A program made the position numbers and the translations under genes. A stretch of DNA of 23,446 nt from a virus (taxonomy: Duplodnaviria > Heunggongvirae > Uroviricota > Caudoviricetes), in the IMG/VR virus record IMGVR_UViG_2698536392_000022, positions 1 through 23,446 of that record, one strand, 5' to 3'. A model generated the notes under the pieces. It did not search any database. It had not been told where the DNA came from and saw only the letters and a list, made by a program, of their open reading frames with translations. How positions within the stretch are numbered: position 1 is the stretch's first letter; each line of letters opens with the position of its first letter. Below are positions 1 through 9,535 of this stretch, piece after piece.

Positions 1-942
1 TTAAGTTAATTTTAATGAATGGTACTCTATCGAGCTGATTGTAGATGCGATATATTTACGATCATTTACAGAGAGTATTGCCGCTAGTAGACGACATACC
101 AGAGCCTGCATTTGTAGCAATATATCGCTACCATATTGACAATCATTGATACTAGAGAAACCAAGCGGTTGCCCATTAAAAATGGCTTCATGAAAATTAT
201 CATTGCGTATAACTGAAACATTACATTCATCTGTTGCCCATGACGGGATTTTTACACCGTAATTTTCGCACATCCAATATACTCTATTTTGATGAGATGG
301 TTTTTTCTCTTTAATGACTTTATCCCTTTCATCCCATGCTATAGCAAAACAGCAATCAAGAGCCATATAAAGATACTGGAATTTCTCAAAGGAAAGGTAT
401 AGTGGGTTATGTGATAGGAATAGGGAGTGTATCACCGCAGCTATTCTTTTAATGGAGCGATCATCTTTTTGTTTGTCTTTTATATAGTTAAGTGCTAGCT
501 CTATTACTTCTTTTTCAGAGCATCCAACGAGAATAAAGTCAGTTAACTTAGTGGGCTTGATAGTGGTTGCATCAAGAAAACCAGCGTCAGTGGTTGTCAA
601 TCTTATACCCTTGAAAAAAGAGAGGCACCACACAACAAAGTTGAGAGTTTCTAACGAGGATGTGTTTTTTAATTTTAGTGTGTGCGTTTTGGGCATGCCG
701 AATACTCGGTAACTATAAGGCATTGTGCATGTGTCACCATTAAGGTTATATACCTTTCGATTCCCAGGGTATATCCAACCATTAACAACGTTTTTATCAT
801 TGTTAATACGTTCCACTTTCTCAATAAGACCGGGTAAAGTACGCAAAGAAAATTGTTCAGTCTCAATGTTAACTTCTACTGGATAGTATCCAAACTCCGA
901 AATAATCTCATTTGGTTGCTGTTCATCAACTTCACCTTGCAT
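1..942 (-). CDS. Hypothetical protein, 313 aa, AT-rich cargo gene at the cos-proximal (old/tin-equivalent) position
   Basis: Complete ORF with ATG at 942..940 and stop at 3..1. GGAG Shine-Dalgarno 6 nt upstream on the minus strand. About 30% GC against about 52% in neighbouring phage genes. No family recognised by eye. Confidence 0.7.
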   Translation of the reverse strand: MQGEVDEQQPNEIISEFGYYPVEVNIETEQFSLRTLPGLIEKVERINNDKNVVNGWIYPGNRKVYNLNGDTCTMPYSYRVFGMPKTHTLKLKNTSSLETLNFVVWCLSFFKGIRLTTTDAGFLDATTIKPTKLTDFILVGCSEKEVIELALNYIKDKQKDDRSIKRIAAVIHSLFLSHNPLYLSFEKFQYLYMALDCCFAIAWDERDKVIKEKKPSHQNRVYWMCENYGVKIPSWATDECNVSVIRNDNFHEAIFNGQPLGFSSINDCQYGSDILLQMQALVCRLLAAILSVNDRKYIASTISSIEYHSLKLT

Positions 943-1180
943 AACTTTCTCCGTTCAAAAACAGGCACGATAATTCTCGTAAGCCTATCATGTTCGCAAA
1001 GTATCCATACCTGTGGATTTTGTAAATTTAAGTTGATTTGTCATTAAATAAGCCGTTGCATGCAACAAGTGAATGTTTTTGCATGCGTCGGGGATGTCCG
1101 TTCAGGCTGCGTGCGGTCAGGACTGGTGCGGATCCATAGTATCTATGCAACTGCATTAAAACCGCCCCATGAAGCGGGCG

Positions 1181-1199
1181 GGCGAGGCGGGGAAAGCAC
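1181..1199. other. cos: Phage cos site (19-nt cohesive end, P2-type)
   Basis: Sequence GGCGAGGCGGGGAAAGCAC matches the P2 cohesive end as I recall it. It lies about 170 bp beyond the 3' end of portal gene Q, as in P2. Flanked by a short dyad (ccgccc / gggcgg). Confidence 0.6.
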
Positions 1200-1341
1200 T
1201 GCGCGCTGGCGGTGGTGCTGATTTTATTTTTTCAGCGTCTGAGCGCGTCGTGGCGGCGTTTAGTCTGCCCGTTGGGGTGTTGGTGTGTTTGCGGGATGTT
1301 TTGTGCGGTGGTGAGCGTGTGAGGGCGTGATGACGGGCTGT

Positions 1342-1363
1342 AAAAAAGCCGCCCGCAGGCGGC
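1342..1363 (-). terminator. Putative intrinsic terminator downstream of Q (minus strand)
   Basis: GC stem gccgcc / ggcggc with a 4-nt loop at 1348..1363. On the minus strand it is followed by a run of six T (1342..1347). Sits 5 nt after the Q stop. Confidence 0.5.
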
Positions 1364-1368
1364 GATGT

Positions 1369-2403
1369 TCAACCGTTGTCAGTGTCCAGTGAGTAGTTTT
1401 TAAAGCGGATGACCTCCTGACCAAGCCAGCCGTTTATCTCGCGGATCCTGTCCTGTAACGGGATAAGCTCATTGCGGACAAAGACCTTTGCCACTTTCTC
1501 AATATCACCCAGCGACCCGACGTTCTCCGGCTTGCCGCCCATCAACTGAAAGGGGATGCGGTGCGCGTCCAGCAGGTCAGCGGCGCTGGATTTTTTGATA
1601 TTAAAAAAATCGTCCTTCGTTGCCACTTCACTGAGCGGGATAATTTTAATGCCGTCGGCTTTCCCCTGCGGGGCATAGAGAAACAGATTTTTAAAGTTAT
1701 TGCGGCCTTTCGACTTAACCATGTTTTCGCGAAGCATTTCGATATCGTTGCGATCCTGCACGGCATCGGTGACGTACATGATGTATCCGGCATGTGCGCC
1801 GTTTTCGTAATACTTGCGGCGGAACAGCGTGGCCGACTCATTCAGCCAGGCAGAGTTAAGGGCGCTGAGATATTCCGGCAGGCCGTACAGCTCCTGATTA
1901 ATATCCGGCTTCAGCAGGTGAAACACGGAACCGGGCGCGAAGGCTGTCGGCTCGTTGAAGGACGGCACCCACCAGTAAACATCCTCTTCCACACCACGGC
2001 GGGTATATTTTGCCGGTGAGGTTTCCAGTCTGATGACCTTACCGGTGGTGCTGTAACGCTTTTCCAGAAACGCATTACCGAAAACCAGAAAATCCAGCAC
2101 AAAGCGGCTGAAATCCTGCTGGGAAAGCCACGGATGCGGGATAAATGTCGAGGCCAGAATATTACGTTTGACGTAAATCGGTGAACTGTGATGCACGGCA
2201 GCACGCAGGCTTTTTGCCAGACCGGTAAAGCTGACCGGTGGCTCATACCATCTGCCGTTACTGATGCATTCGACGTAATCCAGAATGTCACGGCGGTCGA
2301 GTACCGGCACCGGCTCACCAAAGGTGAATGCCTCCATTTTCGGGGCGCTGGCGGTCATTTTTTTTGCCGCAGGTTGCGGTGTTTTCCCTTTTTTCTTGCT
2401 CAT
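1369..2403 (-). CDS. Q: Portal protein (P2 gpQ-like), 344 aa
   Basis: ORF of 344 aa, the length of P2 gpQ. Position next to cos and 1-nt overlap (ATGA) with the upstream P gene. Confidence 0.93.
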   Translation of the reverse strand: MSKKKGKTPQPAAKKMTASAPKMEAFTFGEPVPVLDRRDILDYVECISNGRWYEPPVSFTGLAKSLRAAVHHSSPIYVKRNILASTFIPHPWLSQQDFSRFVLDFLVFGNAFLEKRYSTTGKVIRLETSPAKYTRRGVEEDVYWWVPSFNEPTAFAPGSVFHLLKPDINQELYGLPEYLSALNSAWLNESATLFRRKYYENGAHAGYIMYVTDAVQDRNDIEMLRENMVKSKGRNNFKNLFLYAPQGKADGIKIIPLSEVATKDDFFNIKKSSAADLLDAHRIPFQLMGGKPENVGSLGDIEKVAKVFVRNELIPLQDRIREINGWLGQEVIRFKNYSLDTDNG

Positions 2404-4175
2404 CAGTAAAACTCCAGAATGGTGGATGTCAGCGGGGTGCTGATACCGGCGGTGAGTGGCTCATTTAACAGGGCGTGCATGGTCGCCCAGGCGAGGTCGG
2501 CGTGGCTGGCTTCCTCGCTGCGGCTGGCCTCATAGGTGGCGCTGCGTCCGCTGCTGGTCATGGTCTTGCGGATAGCCATAAACGAGCTGGTGATGTCGGT
2601 GGCGCTGACGTCATATTCCAGACAGCCACGGCGGATGACGTCTTTTGCCTTGAGCACCATTGCGGTTTTCATTTCCGGCGTGTAGCGGATGTCGCGCGCG
2701 GCGGGATAGAACGAGCGCACGAGCTGGAACACGCCGACACCGAGGCCGGTGGCATCAATACCGATGTATTCGACGTTGTATTTTTCGGTGAGTTTGCGGA
2801 TGGATTCCGCCTGAGTGGCAAAGTCCATGCCTTTCCACTGGTGACGCTCAAGTATTCTGAATTTGCCACCGGCCACCACCGGCGGTGCCAGTACCACGCA
2901 TCCGGCGCTGTCTCCACGGTGTGACGGGTCGTAACCAATCCATACCGGACGTGAGCCGAACGGATTGGCGGCAAACGGCGCATAGTCTTCCCATTCTTCC
3001 AGCGTGTCGACCATGCAGCGTTGCAGTTCCTCGAACGGGAACACCGACGCCTTGTCGTCAACAAATTTACACATGAACAGGTTTTTAAAATCGTCGGCGC
3101 TGTTTTCACGTTTGAGCTGCTCAATGTCGAACAGCGTGCAGCCGCCTTTCAGGGCGTCCTCAATGGTGACAATCTGCCGCCACTGGCCGTCCGCACAGAG
3201 AAGCCCACCGGCAAGGGCGTTATGACTGACGTCGATTTCCACGCGTTCGGCGGCGCTGGCGCGTCCCCGGTTGAACAGTTCACCTGACCAGAACGGGTAG
3301 GCGTCGTGCGCCAGCGTGGACGGGGTGGAGAAATAGGTCGAACGCAGGTGACTCTGTGAGGCCATACCTGATGCCACCTTACGCAGTACCTGAAAATTCG
3401 GGATCCAGAAAATCTCGTCGACGTACAGGTCGCCGTTATGGCTCTGTGCGGTGTTGGAGTTGGTGCCGAGAAAAATCAGTTTTGCGCCGTTATTGCCCAG
3501 GACAATCGGGTCACCGGTCAGGTCAACGTCAACCAGACGGGCAAAGGCGATGATGTATTCGCGGAACACATACGCCTGCGTTTTACTGGCCGACAGAAAA
3601 ATCTGGTTATGGCCGGTTTTCAGGGCGCGCAGCAGCGCCTCGCGGGAAAAATAAAACGTTGCGCCAATCTGGCGGGATTTCAGGATATCGCGGATGCGGT
3701 GCTCAAGCCCGGCACGATACCAGTGCAACTGATAGTCGAAAGACTGCTCAAAGAAAATCTGCTCCAGCTTTTCGATGGCCTCGTCACTGAAAAAATTCTT
3801 TTTCGGTTTGCGACGCCCGCCTTTGTTGCGGTTAGCGACGTTCGGATTAAGGTCTGCCTCGTTGCCGGTCTGGCTGTAGCGGTTTACCCGTGCCAGTCGT
3901 TCAATCTGGCGTCCCAGCAGGTCAATTTCCTTGAAATCACCGCCGGTTTTCTGCGGTTTGATGATGATCTGGGTCAGCCGCGCTTCCAGACTCATTTCGA
4001 CACGGCTGATGGGGGCAACGCTGTCCCAGCCGTCGCGCTGTTTCCAGTTCTGCACCGTCGGGCGTTTCATCTGCAACATGGCGGCAATCTGCGGCACGGA
4101 AAACCCCTGCCAGTACAGCAGCGCCGCCTGACGAGGCGGGTCGTGTAAAAGAGTGGTGTCTGTGGTGATGGTCAT
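2403..4175 (-). CDS. P: Terminase large (ATPase) subunit (P2 gpP-like), 590 aa
   Basis: Start set at the ATG at 4175..4173 (MTITTDTTLLHD...), which matches my recollection of the P2 gpP N-terminus. The ORF-track start 30 nt upstream is a TTG. Confidence 0.92.
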   Translation of the reverse strand: MTITTDTTLLHDPPRQAALLYWQGFSVPQIAAMLQMKRPTVQNWKQRDGWDSVAPISRVEMSLEARLTQIIIKPQKTGGDFKEIDLLGRQIERLARVNRYSQTGNEADLNPNVANRNKGGRRKPKKNFFSDEAIEKLEQIFFEQSFDYQLHWYRAGLEHRIRDILKSRQIGATFYFSREALLRALKTGHNQIFLSASKTQAYVFREYIIAFARLVDVDLTGDPIVLGNNGAKLIFLGTNSNTAQSHNGDLYVDEIFWIPNFQVLRKVASGMASQSHLRSTYFSTPSTLAHDAYPFWSGELFNRGRASAAERVEIDVSHNALAGGLLCADGQWRQIVTIEDALKGGCTLFDIEQLKRENSADDFKNLFMCKFVDDKASVFPFEELQRCMVDTLEEWEDYAPFAANPFGSRPVWIGYDPSHRGDSAGCVVLAPPVVAGGKFRILERHQWKGMDFATQAESIRKLTEKYNVEYIGIDATGLGVGVFQLVRSFYPAARDIRYTPEMKTAMVLKAKDVIRRGCLEYDVSATDITSSFMAIRKTMTSSGRSATYEASRSEEASHADLAWATMHALLNEPLTAGISTPLTSTILEFY

Positions 4176-4205
4176 GAATACCTCGCCGTGATGAATACAC
4201 GGCAA

Positions 4206-4348
4206 GGCTACTGAGTCGCGCCCCGCGATTCGCTAAGGTGCTGTTGTGTCAGTGATAAGCCATCCGGGACTGATGGCGGAGGATGCGCATCGTCGGGAAA
4301 CTGATGCCGACATGTGACTCCTCTAATCACTATTCAGGACTCCTGACA
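4206..4348. promoter_or_regulatory. Divergent P/O intergenic region, expected site of the two Ogr-dependent late promoters
   Basis: Inference from P2 organisation (divergent late operons PQ and ONMLXYK). I could not find a clean TGT-N12-ACA activator site by eye. Confidence 0.35.
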
Positions 4349-5203
4349 ATGGCAAAAAAAGTCTCAAAATTCTTTCGTATCGGCGTTGAGGGTGACACCT
4401 GTGACGGGCGTGTCATCAGTGCGCAGGATATTCAGGAAATGGCCGAAACCTTTGACCCGCGAGTCTACGGTTGCCGCATTAACCTGGAACATCTGCGCGG
4501 CATCCTGCCTGACGGTATTTTTAAACGTTATGGCGATGTGGTCGAACTGAAGGCCGAAAAGATTGACGATGATTCGGCGCTGAAAGGCAAATGGGCGCTG
4601 TTTGCGAAAATCACCCCGACCGATGACCTTATCGCGATGAACAAGGCCGCGCAGAAGGTCTATACCTCAATGGAAATTCAGCCGAACTTTGCCAACACCG
4701 GCAAATGTTATCTGGTGGGGCTGGCCGTCACCGATGACCCGGCAAGCCTCGGCACGGAATACCTGGAATTCTGCCGCACGGCAAAACACAACCCTCTGAA
4801 CCGCTTCAAATTAAGCCCTGAAAACCTGATTTCAGTGGCAACGCCCGTTGAGCTGGAATTTGAAGACCTGCCTGAAACCGTGTTCACCGCCCTGACTGAA
4901 AAGGTGAAATCCATTTTTGGCCGCAAACAGGCCAGCGATGACGCCCGTCTGAATGACGTGCATGAAGCGGTGAGCGCTGTTGCTGAACATGTGCAGGAAA
5001 AACTGAGCGCCACTGATCAGCGCCTCGCTGAGATGGAAACCGCCTTTTCCGCACTTAAGCAGGAGGTGACTGACCAGGTGGATGAAACCAGCCAGGCATT
5101 CACCCGCCTGAAAAACAGTCTCGACAGCACCGAAAGTCTGACCCAGCAGCGCCGCAGCAAGGCCACCGGCGGTGGCGGTGACGCCCTGATGACGAACTGC
5201 TGA
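4349..5203 (+). CDS. O: Capsid scaffolding protein (P2 gpO-like), 284 aa
   Basis: Start at the ATG at 4349 (MAKKVSKFFRIGVEGD...), which matches the P2 gpO N-terminus and length. The upstream in-frame ATG at 4283 lacks a Shine-Dalgarno. Confidence 0.9.
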   Translation: MAKKVSKFFRIGVEGDTCDGRVISAQDIQEMAETFDPRVYGCRINLEHLRGILPDGIFKRYGDVVELKAEKIDDDSALKGKWALFAKITPTDDLIAMNKAAQKVYTSMEIQPNFANTGKCYLVGLAVTDDPASLGTEYLEFCRTAKHNPLNRFKLSPENLISVATPVELEFEDLPETVFTALTEKVKSIFGRKQASDDARLNDVHEAVSAVAEHVQEKLSATDQRLAEMETAFSALKQEVTDQVDETSQAFTRLKNSLDSTESLTQQRRSKATGGGGDALMTNC

Positions 5204-5261
5204 CCGGCGTCAGCCAGTCCGGGAAAACCTTCACGATTAACCCTTAATTTCAGGAAAAACT

Positions 5262-6335
5262 ATGCGCCAGGAAACCCGATTTAAATTTAATGCCTACCTG
5301 TCCCGTGTTGCCGAACTGAACGGCATCGACGCCGGTGATGTGTCGAAAAAATTCACCGTTGAACCGTCGGTCACCCAGACCCTGATGAACACCATGCAGG
5401 AGTCCTCTGATTTCCTGACCCGCATCAACATTGTGCCGGTCAGCGAAATGAAAGGGGAAAAAATTGGCATCGGTGTCACCGGCTCCATCGCCAGCACCAC
5501 CGACACCGCCGGTGGCACCGAGCGTCAGCCGAAGGACTTCTCGAAGCTGGCGTCAAACAAGTACGAATGCGACCAGATTAACTTCGATTTTTATATCCGC
5601 TACAAAACGCTGGACCTTTGGGCGCGTTATCAGGATTTCCAGCTCCGTGTCCGTAACGCCATTATCAAACGCCAGTCCCTTGATTTAATCATGGCCGGTT
5701 TTAACGGCGTGAGGCGTGCCGAAACCTCTGACCGCAGCAGTAACCAGATGCTGCAGGATGTGGCGGTCGGCTGGCTGCAGAAATACCGCAATGAAGCCCC
5801 GGCGCGCGTGATGAGCAAGGTTACTGACGAGGAAGGTCACACGACCTCTGAGGTCATCCGCGTGGGTAAGGGCGGTGATTATGCCAGCCTCGATGCACTG
5901 GTGATGGATGCGACCAACAACCTGATTGAGCCGTGGTATCAGGAAGACCCTGACCTTGTGGTGATTGTGGGGCGTCAGCTACTGGCGGACAAGTATTTCC
6001 CCATCGTCAACAAGGAGCAGGACAACAGCGAGATGCTGGCCGCTGACGTCATCATCAGCCAGAAACGCATCGGTAACCTGCCGGTGGTACGCGTCCCGTA
6101 CTTCCCGGCGGATGCGATGCTCATCACAAAGCTGGAAAACCTGTCCATCTACTACATGGATGACAGCCATCGCCGCGTGATTGAGGAAAACCCGAAACTC
6201 GACCGCGTGGAGAACTACGAGTCAATGAACATTGATTACGTGGTGGAAGACTACGCCGCCGGTTGTCTGGTGGAAAAAATTAAGGTCGGTGATTTCTCCA
6301 CACTGGCTAAAGCGACCGCAGAGCCGGGAGCGTAA
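5262..6335 (+). CDS. N: Major capsid protein (P2 gpN-like), 357 aa
   Basis: 357 aa as in P2 gpN. AGGA Shine-Dalgarno upstream of ATG. Position between O and M. Confidence 0.93.
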   Translation: MRQETRFKFNAYLSRVAELNGIDAGDVSKKFTVEPSVTQTLMNTMQESSDFLTRINIVPVSEMKGEKIGIGVTGSIASTTDTAGGTERQPKDFSKLASNKYECDQINFDFYIRYKTLDLWARYQDFQLRVRNAIIKRQSLDLIMAGFNGVRRAETSDRSSNQMLQDVAVGWLQKYRNEAPARVMSKVTDEEGHTTSEVIRVGKGGDYASLDALVMDATNNLIEPWYQEDPDLVVIVGRQLLADKYFPIVNKEQDNSEMLAADVIISQKRIGNLPVVRVPYFPADAMLITKLENLSIYYMDDSHRRVIEENPKLDRVENYESMNIDYVVEDYAAGCLVEKIKVGDFSTLAKATAEPGA

Positions 6336-6338
6336 CCG

Positions 6339-7082
6339 ATGACGAGTCCCGCACAGCGCCACATGATGCGGGTCTCGGCAGCGATGACCGCGCAGCGGGA
6401 AGCCGCCCCGCTGCGACATGCAACTGTCTATGAGCAGATGCTGGTTAAGCTCGCCGCAGACCAGCGCACACTGAACGCGATTTATTCAAAAGAGCTGAAG
6501 GCCGCGAAAAAACGCGAACTGCTGCCGTTCTGGTTGCCGTGGGTGAACGGCGTGCTGGAGCAGGGCAAAGGTGCACAGGATGACATTCTGATGACGGTCA
6601 TGCTGTGGCGTCTGGATACCGGCGATATTGCCGGTGCGCTGGAGATTGCCCGTTATGCTCTGAAGTACGGTCTGACCATGCCGGGTAAACACCGCCGTAC
6701 CCCGCCGTACATGTTCACCGAGGAGGTAGCGCTTGCGGCCATGCGCGCTCACGCTGCCGGTGAGTCTGTGGATACCCGCCTGCTGACGGAGACCCTTGAA
6801 CTGACCGCCACGGCTGACATGCCTGATGAAGTGCGCGCAAAGCTGCACAAAATTACCGGTCTGTTTCTGCGTGACGGTGGTGATGCCGCCGGTGCGCTGG
6901 CTCACCTGCAACGTGCGACACAGCTCGACTGTCAGGCAGGCGTCAAAAAAGAGATTGAACGACTGGAGCGGGAGCTGAAACCGAAGCCGGAGCCGCAGCC
7001 CAAAGCGTCCCCCCGCGCCCCGCGTAAGACCCGGAGCGTGACACCGGCAAAACGTGGACGCCCGAAAAAGAAAGCCAGTTAA
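6339..7082 (+). CDS. M: Terminase small subunit (P2 gpM-like), 247 aa
   Basis: 247 aa as in P2 gpM. Lys/Arg/Pro-rich basic C-terminal tail. GGGAG Shine-Dalgarno. Confidence 0.9.
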   Translation: MTSPAQRHMMRVSAAMTAQREAAPLRHATVYEQMLVKLAADQRTLNAIYSKELKAAKKRELLPFWLPWVNGVLEQGKGAQDDILMTVMLWRLDTGDIAGALEIARYALKYGLTMPGKHRRTPPYMFTEEVALAAMRAHAAGESVDTRLLTETLELTATADMPDEVRAKLHKITGLFLRDGGDAAGALAHLQRATQLDCQAGVKKEIERLERELKPKPEPQPKASPRAPRKTRSVTPAKRGRPKKKAS

Positions 7083-7181
7083 CAACCGAATGCGCCCCGC
7101 GCCAGGGCGGCACGCCGGTCAGTGATGGTGAATCACCTGACGCTGTACCGGCGTCCACCGCCCGACTTTTCAGAGGTAGTC

Positions 7182-7688
7182 ATGATGACGCTGATTATTC
7201 CGCGAAAGGAGGCTCCCGTGTCCGGTGAGGGTACGGTGGTCATCCCGCAACCGGCAGGCGACGAGCCGGTGATTAAAAACACGTTCTTTTTTCCCGATAT
7301 CGACCCGAAGCGCGTCCGGGAACGTATGCGCCTTGAGCAGACCGTCGCCCCCGCCCGTCTGCGTGAGGCCATCAAGTCAGGCATGGCGGAGACGAATGCG
7401 GAGTTGTACGAGTACCGCGAACAGAAAATTGCCGCCGGTTTTACGCGTCTGGCGGACGTTCCGGCGGACGACATCGACGGTGAAAGTATCAAATTTTACT
7501 ACGAGCGCGCCGTGTGTGCGATGGCGACCGCGTCGCTTTATGAGCGTTACCGCGGCGTGGATGCCAGTGCGAAAGGAGACAAGAAGGCCGACAGCATTGA
7601 CAGCACCATAGATGAGCTGTGGCGGGATATGCGCTGGGCAGTGGCGCGCATCCAGGACAAGCCGCGCTGCATCGTGAGTCAAATCTGA
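7182..7688 (+). CDS. L: Head completion/stabilisation protein (P2 gpL-like), 168 aa
   Basis: Start at ATGATG 7182 (MMTLIIPRKE...) with GAGG Shine-Dalgarno. The ORF-track start at 7122 is a GTG. Stop overlaps the X start (TGATG). Confidence 0.88.
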   Translation: MMTLIIPRKEAPVSGEGTVVIPQPAGDEPVIKNTFFFPDIDPKRVRERMRLEQTVAPARLREAIKSGMAETNAELYEYREQKIAAGFTRLADVPADDIDGESIKFYYERAVCAMATASLYERYRGVDASAKGDKKADSIDSTIDELWRDMRWAVARIQDKPRCIVSQI

Positions 7689-7891
7689 TGAAGACCTTTG
7701 CGCTACAGGGCGACACGCTCGACGCCATTTGTGTCCGGTATTACGGGCGCACTGAGGGCGTGGTTGAGACCGTGCTCGCCGCAAATCCGGGACTGGCTGA
7801 ACTGGGTGCGGTGCTGCCACACGGCACCGCCGTCGAACTGCCCGACGTTCAGACCGCGCTCGTGGCTGAAACTGTCAATCTGTGGGAGTAA
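7688..7891 (+). CDS. X: Tail protein X (P2 gpX-like), 67 aa
   Basis: ATG at 7688 overlapping the L stop. MKTFALQGDTLDAICVRYYG... and 67 aa as in P2 gpX. Confidence 0.85.
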   Translation: MKTFALQGDTLDAICVRYYGRTEGVVETVLAANPGLAELGAVLPHGTAVELPDVQTALVAETVNLWE

Positions 7892-7894
7892 CGC

Positions 7895-8176
7895 ATGACA
7901 GCAGAAGAAAAAAGCGTCCTGTCGCTTTTCATGATTGGGGTGCTGATTGTTGTCGGCAAGGTGCTTGCCGGTGGTGAACCCATCACCCCGCGTCTGTTTA
8001 TCGGGCGCATGTTGCTCGGTGGTTTTGTCTCGATGGTTGCCGGTGTTGTTCTGGTGCAGTTTCCTGACCTGTCACTGCCTGCGGTGTGCGGCATCGGCTC
8101 CATGCTGGGTATCGCCGGTTATCAGGTAATTGAGATTGCCATTCAGCGCCGCTTTAAGGGCAGGGGGAAACCGTAA
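7895..8176 (+). CDS. Y: Holin (P2 gpY-like), 93 aa
   Basis: 93 aa with hydrophobic membrane segments and a charged C-terminus. GGGAG Shine-Dalgarno. Immediately precedes the endolysin gene. Confidence 0.9.
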   Translation: MTAEEKSVLSLFMIGVLIVVGKVLAGGEPITPRLFIGRMLLGGFVSMVAGVVLVQFPDLSLPAVCGIGSMLGIAGYQVIEIAIQRRFKGRGKP

Positions 8177-8673
8177 TGCCGGTAATTAACACGCATCAGA
8201 ATATCGCTGCCTTTCTCGACATGCTGGCCGTGTCCGAAGGGACGGCGAATCATCCGCTGACGAAAAACCGGGGCTATGACGTGATAGTCACCGGAGTGGA
8301 CGGAAAGCCGGAAATCTTCACCGACTACAGTGACCACCCGTTCGCACATGGCCGACCGGCGAAGGTGTTTAACCGTCGCGGTGAAAAATCCACGGCCTCC
8401 GGTCGCTATCAGCAGCTTTACCTGTTCTGGCCGCATTACCGCAAACAGCTTGCCCTGCCGGATTTCAGTCCGTTGTCACAGGACAGACTCGCCATTCAGT
8501 TGATCCGCGAACGCGGTGCGCTGGATGACATCCGGGCGGGGCGCATTGAGCGCGCCATTTCACGCTGTCGCAATATCTGGGCGTCCCTGCCGGGTGCCGG
8601 TTACGGTCAGCGTGAGCATTCACTGGAAAAACTGGTCACCGTCTGGCGTACCGCTGGCGGCGTACCGGCTTAA
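8176..8673 (+). CDS. K: Endolysin / lysozyme (P2 gpK-like), 165 aa
   Basis: 165 aa as in P2 gpK. Start overlaps the Y stop (TAATG). Position in the lysis cassette. Confidence 0.92.
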   Translation: MPVINTHQNIAAFLDMLAVSEGTANHPLTKNRGYDVIVTGVDGKPEIFTDYSDHPFAHGRPAKVFNRRGEKSTASGRYQQLYLFWPHYRKQLALPDFSPLSQDRLAIQLIRERGALDDIRAGRIERAISRCRNIWASLPGAGYGQREHSLEKLVTVWRTAGGVPA

Positions 8674-8687
8674 ACGGAGTAAACACC

Positions 8688-9122
8688 ATGAAGAAATTAT
8701 CCCTTTCACTGATGCTGAACGTGTCGCTGGCGCTGATGCTGGCACTGTCCCTGATTTACCCGCAGAGCGTGGCCGTCAGTTTTGTCGCTGCCTGGTCGAT
8801 TCTGGCGACGGTTATCTGTGTGGTTGCCGGTGGTGTCGGCGTGTACGCCACTGAGTATGTGCTGGAACGCTACGGGCGGGAGCTGCCGCCGGAATCGCTG
8901 GCCGTGAAGATTGTCACGTCGCTGTTTTTGCAGCCGGTGCCGTGGCGCAGACGGGCGGCGGCTCTGGTGGTGATGGTGGTGATGGTGGTGACGTTTATCT
9001 CGCTGGTCGCTGCCGGGTGGATTTTTACCGCGCTGATTTATCTCGTGACGTCGGTGTTCTTCCGGCTGATACGTACGGCCTGCCGTCAGCGTTTTGAGGG
9101 GCGGGAACCATGTCAAAGCTGA
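8688..9122 (+). CDS. lysA: Lysis timing membrane protein LysA-like, 144 aa
   Basis: Strongly hydrophobic multi-segment protein following K. GGAG Shine-Dalgarno. Position as P2 lysA. Confidence 0.85.
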   Translation: MKKLSLSLMLNVSLALMLALSLIYPQSVAVSFVAAWSILATVICVVAGGVGVYATEYVLERYGRELPPESLAVKIVTSLFLQPVPWRRRAAALVVMVVMVVTFISLVAAGWIFTALIYLVTSVFFRLIRTACRQRFEGREPCQS

Positions 9123-9535
9123 TGATTGTGCTGGTCGTGTTGTTATCGCTGGCGGTGGCGGGGCTGTTTCTGGCGAAGCATGAAAACGCCAGCCTGCGCG
9201 CCTCGCTGGACAGGGCGAACAGCGTCGCCAACGGGCAGCAGACGACCATCACCATGCTGAAAAATCAGCTTCATGTTGCCCTCACCAGAGCAGACAAAAA
9301 CGAGCTGGCGCAGGTGGCACTGCGTCAGGAACTGGAAAACGCCGCGAAGCGTGAAGCACAGCGCGAGAAAACCATCACGAGGTTACTTAATGAAAACGAA
9401 GATTTTCGCCGCTGGTACGGCGCTGACCTGCCTGATGCTGTGCGCCGGTTGCACCAGCGCCCCGCCTGCGCAGACGCCAGTGATTGTCGCCAACGCCTGC
9501 CCGAAAGTGAGCCTTTGCCCGATGCCGGGCAGTGA
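9110..9535 (+). CDS. lysB: LysB-like (Rz-type inner-membrane spanin), 141 aa
   Basis: N-terminal transmembrane segment followed by a coiled-coil-like charged region. 141 aa as in P2 LysB. Confidence 0.85.
   Translation: MSKLMIVLVVLLSLAVAGLFLAKHENASLRASLDRANSVANGQQTTITMLKNQLHVALTRADKNELAQVALRQELENAAKREAQREKTITRLLNENEDFRRWYGADLPDAVRRLHQRPACADASDCRQRLPESEPLPDAGQ

Noticed and set aside
853-1047. 64-aa plus-strand ORF spanning the start of the cos-proximal cargo gene
   Set aside because: It overlaps the 5' end and upstream region of the minus-strand gene, is AT-rich low-complexity, and has no ribosome-binding site.
1542-4200. Many 60-236 aa ORFs on both strands inside Q and P
   Set aside because: Overlapping frame artefacts typical of GC-rich coding sequence. 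Q and P fill the region with expected lengths.
8706-9116. 136-aa minus-strand ORF with a polyhistidine run
   Set aside because: Antisense to lysA. The His run is the reverse complement of the GTGGTGATG repeats encoding VVMVVMVV in LysA.
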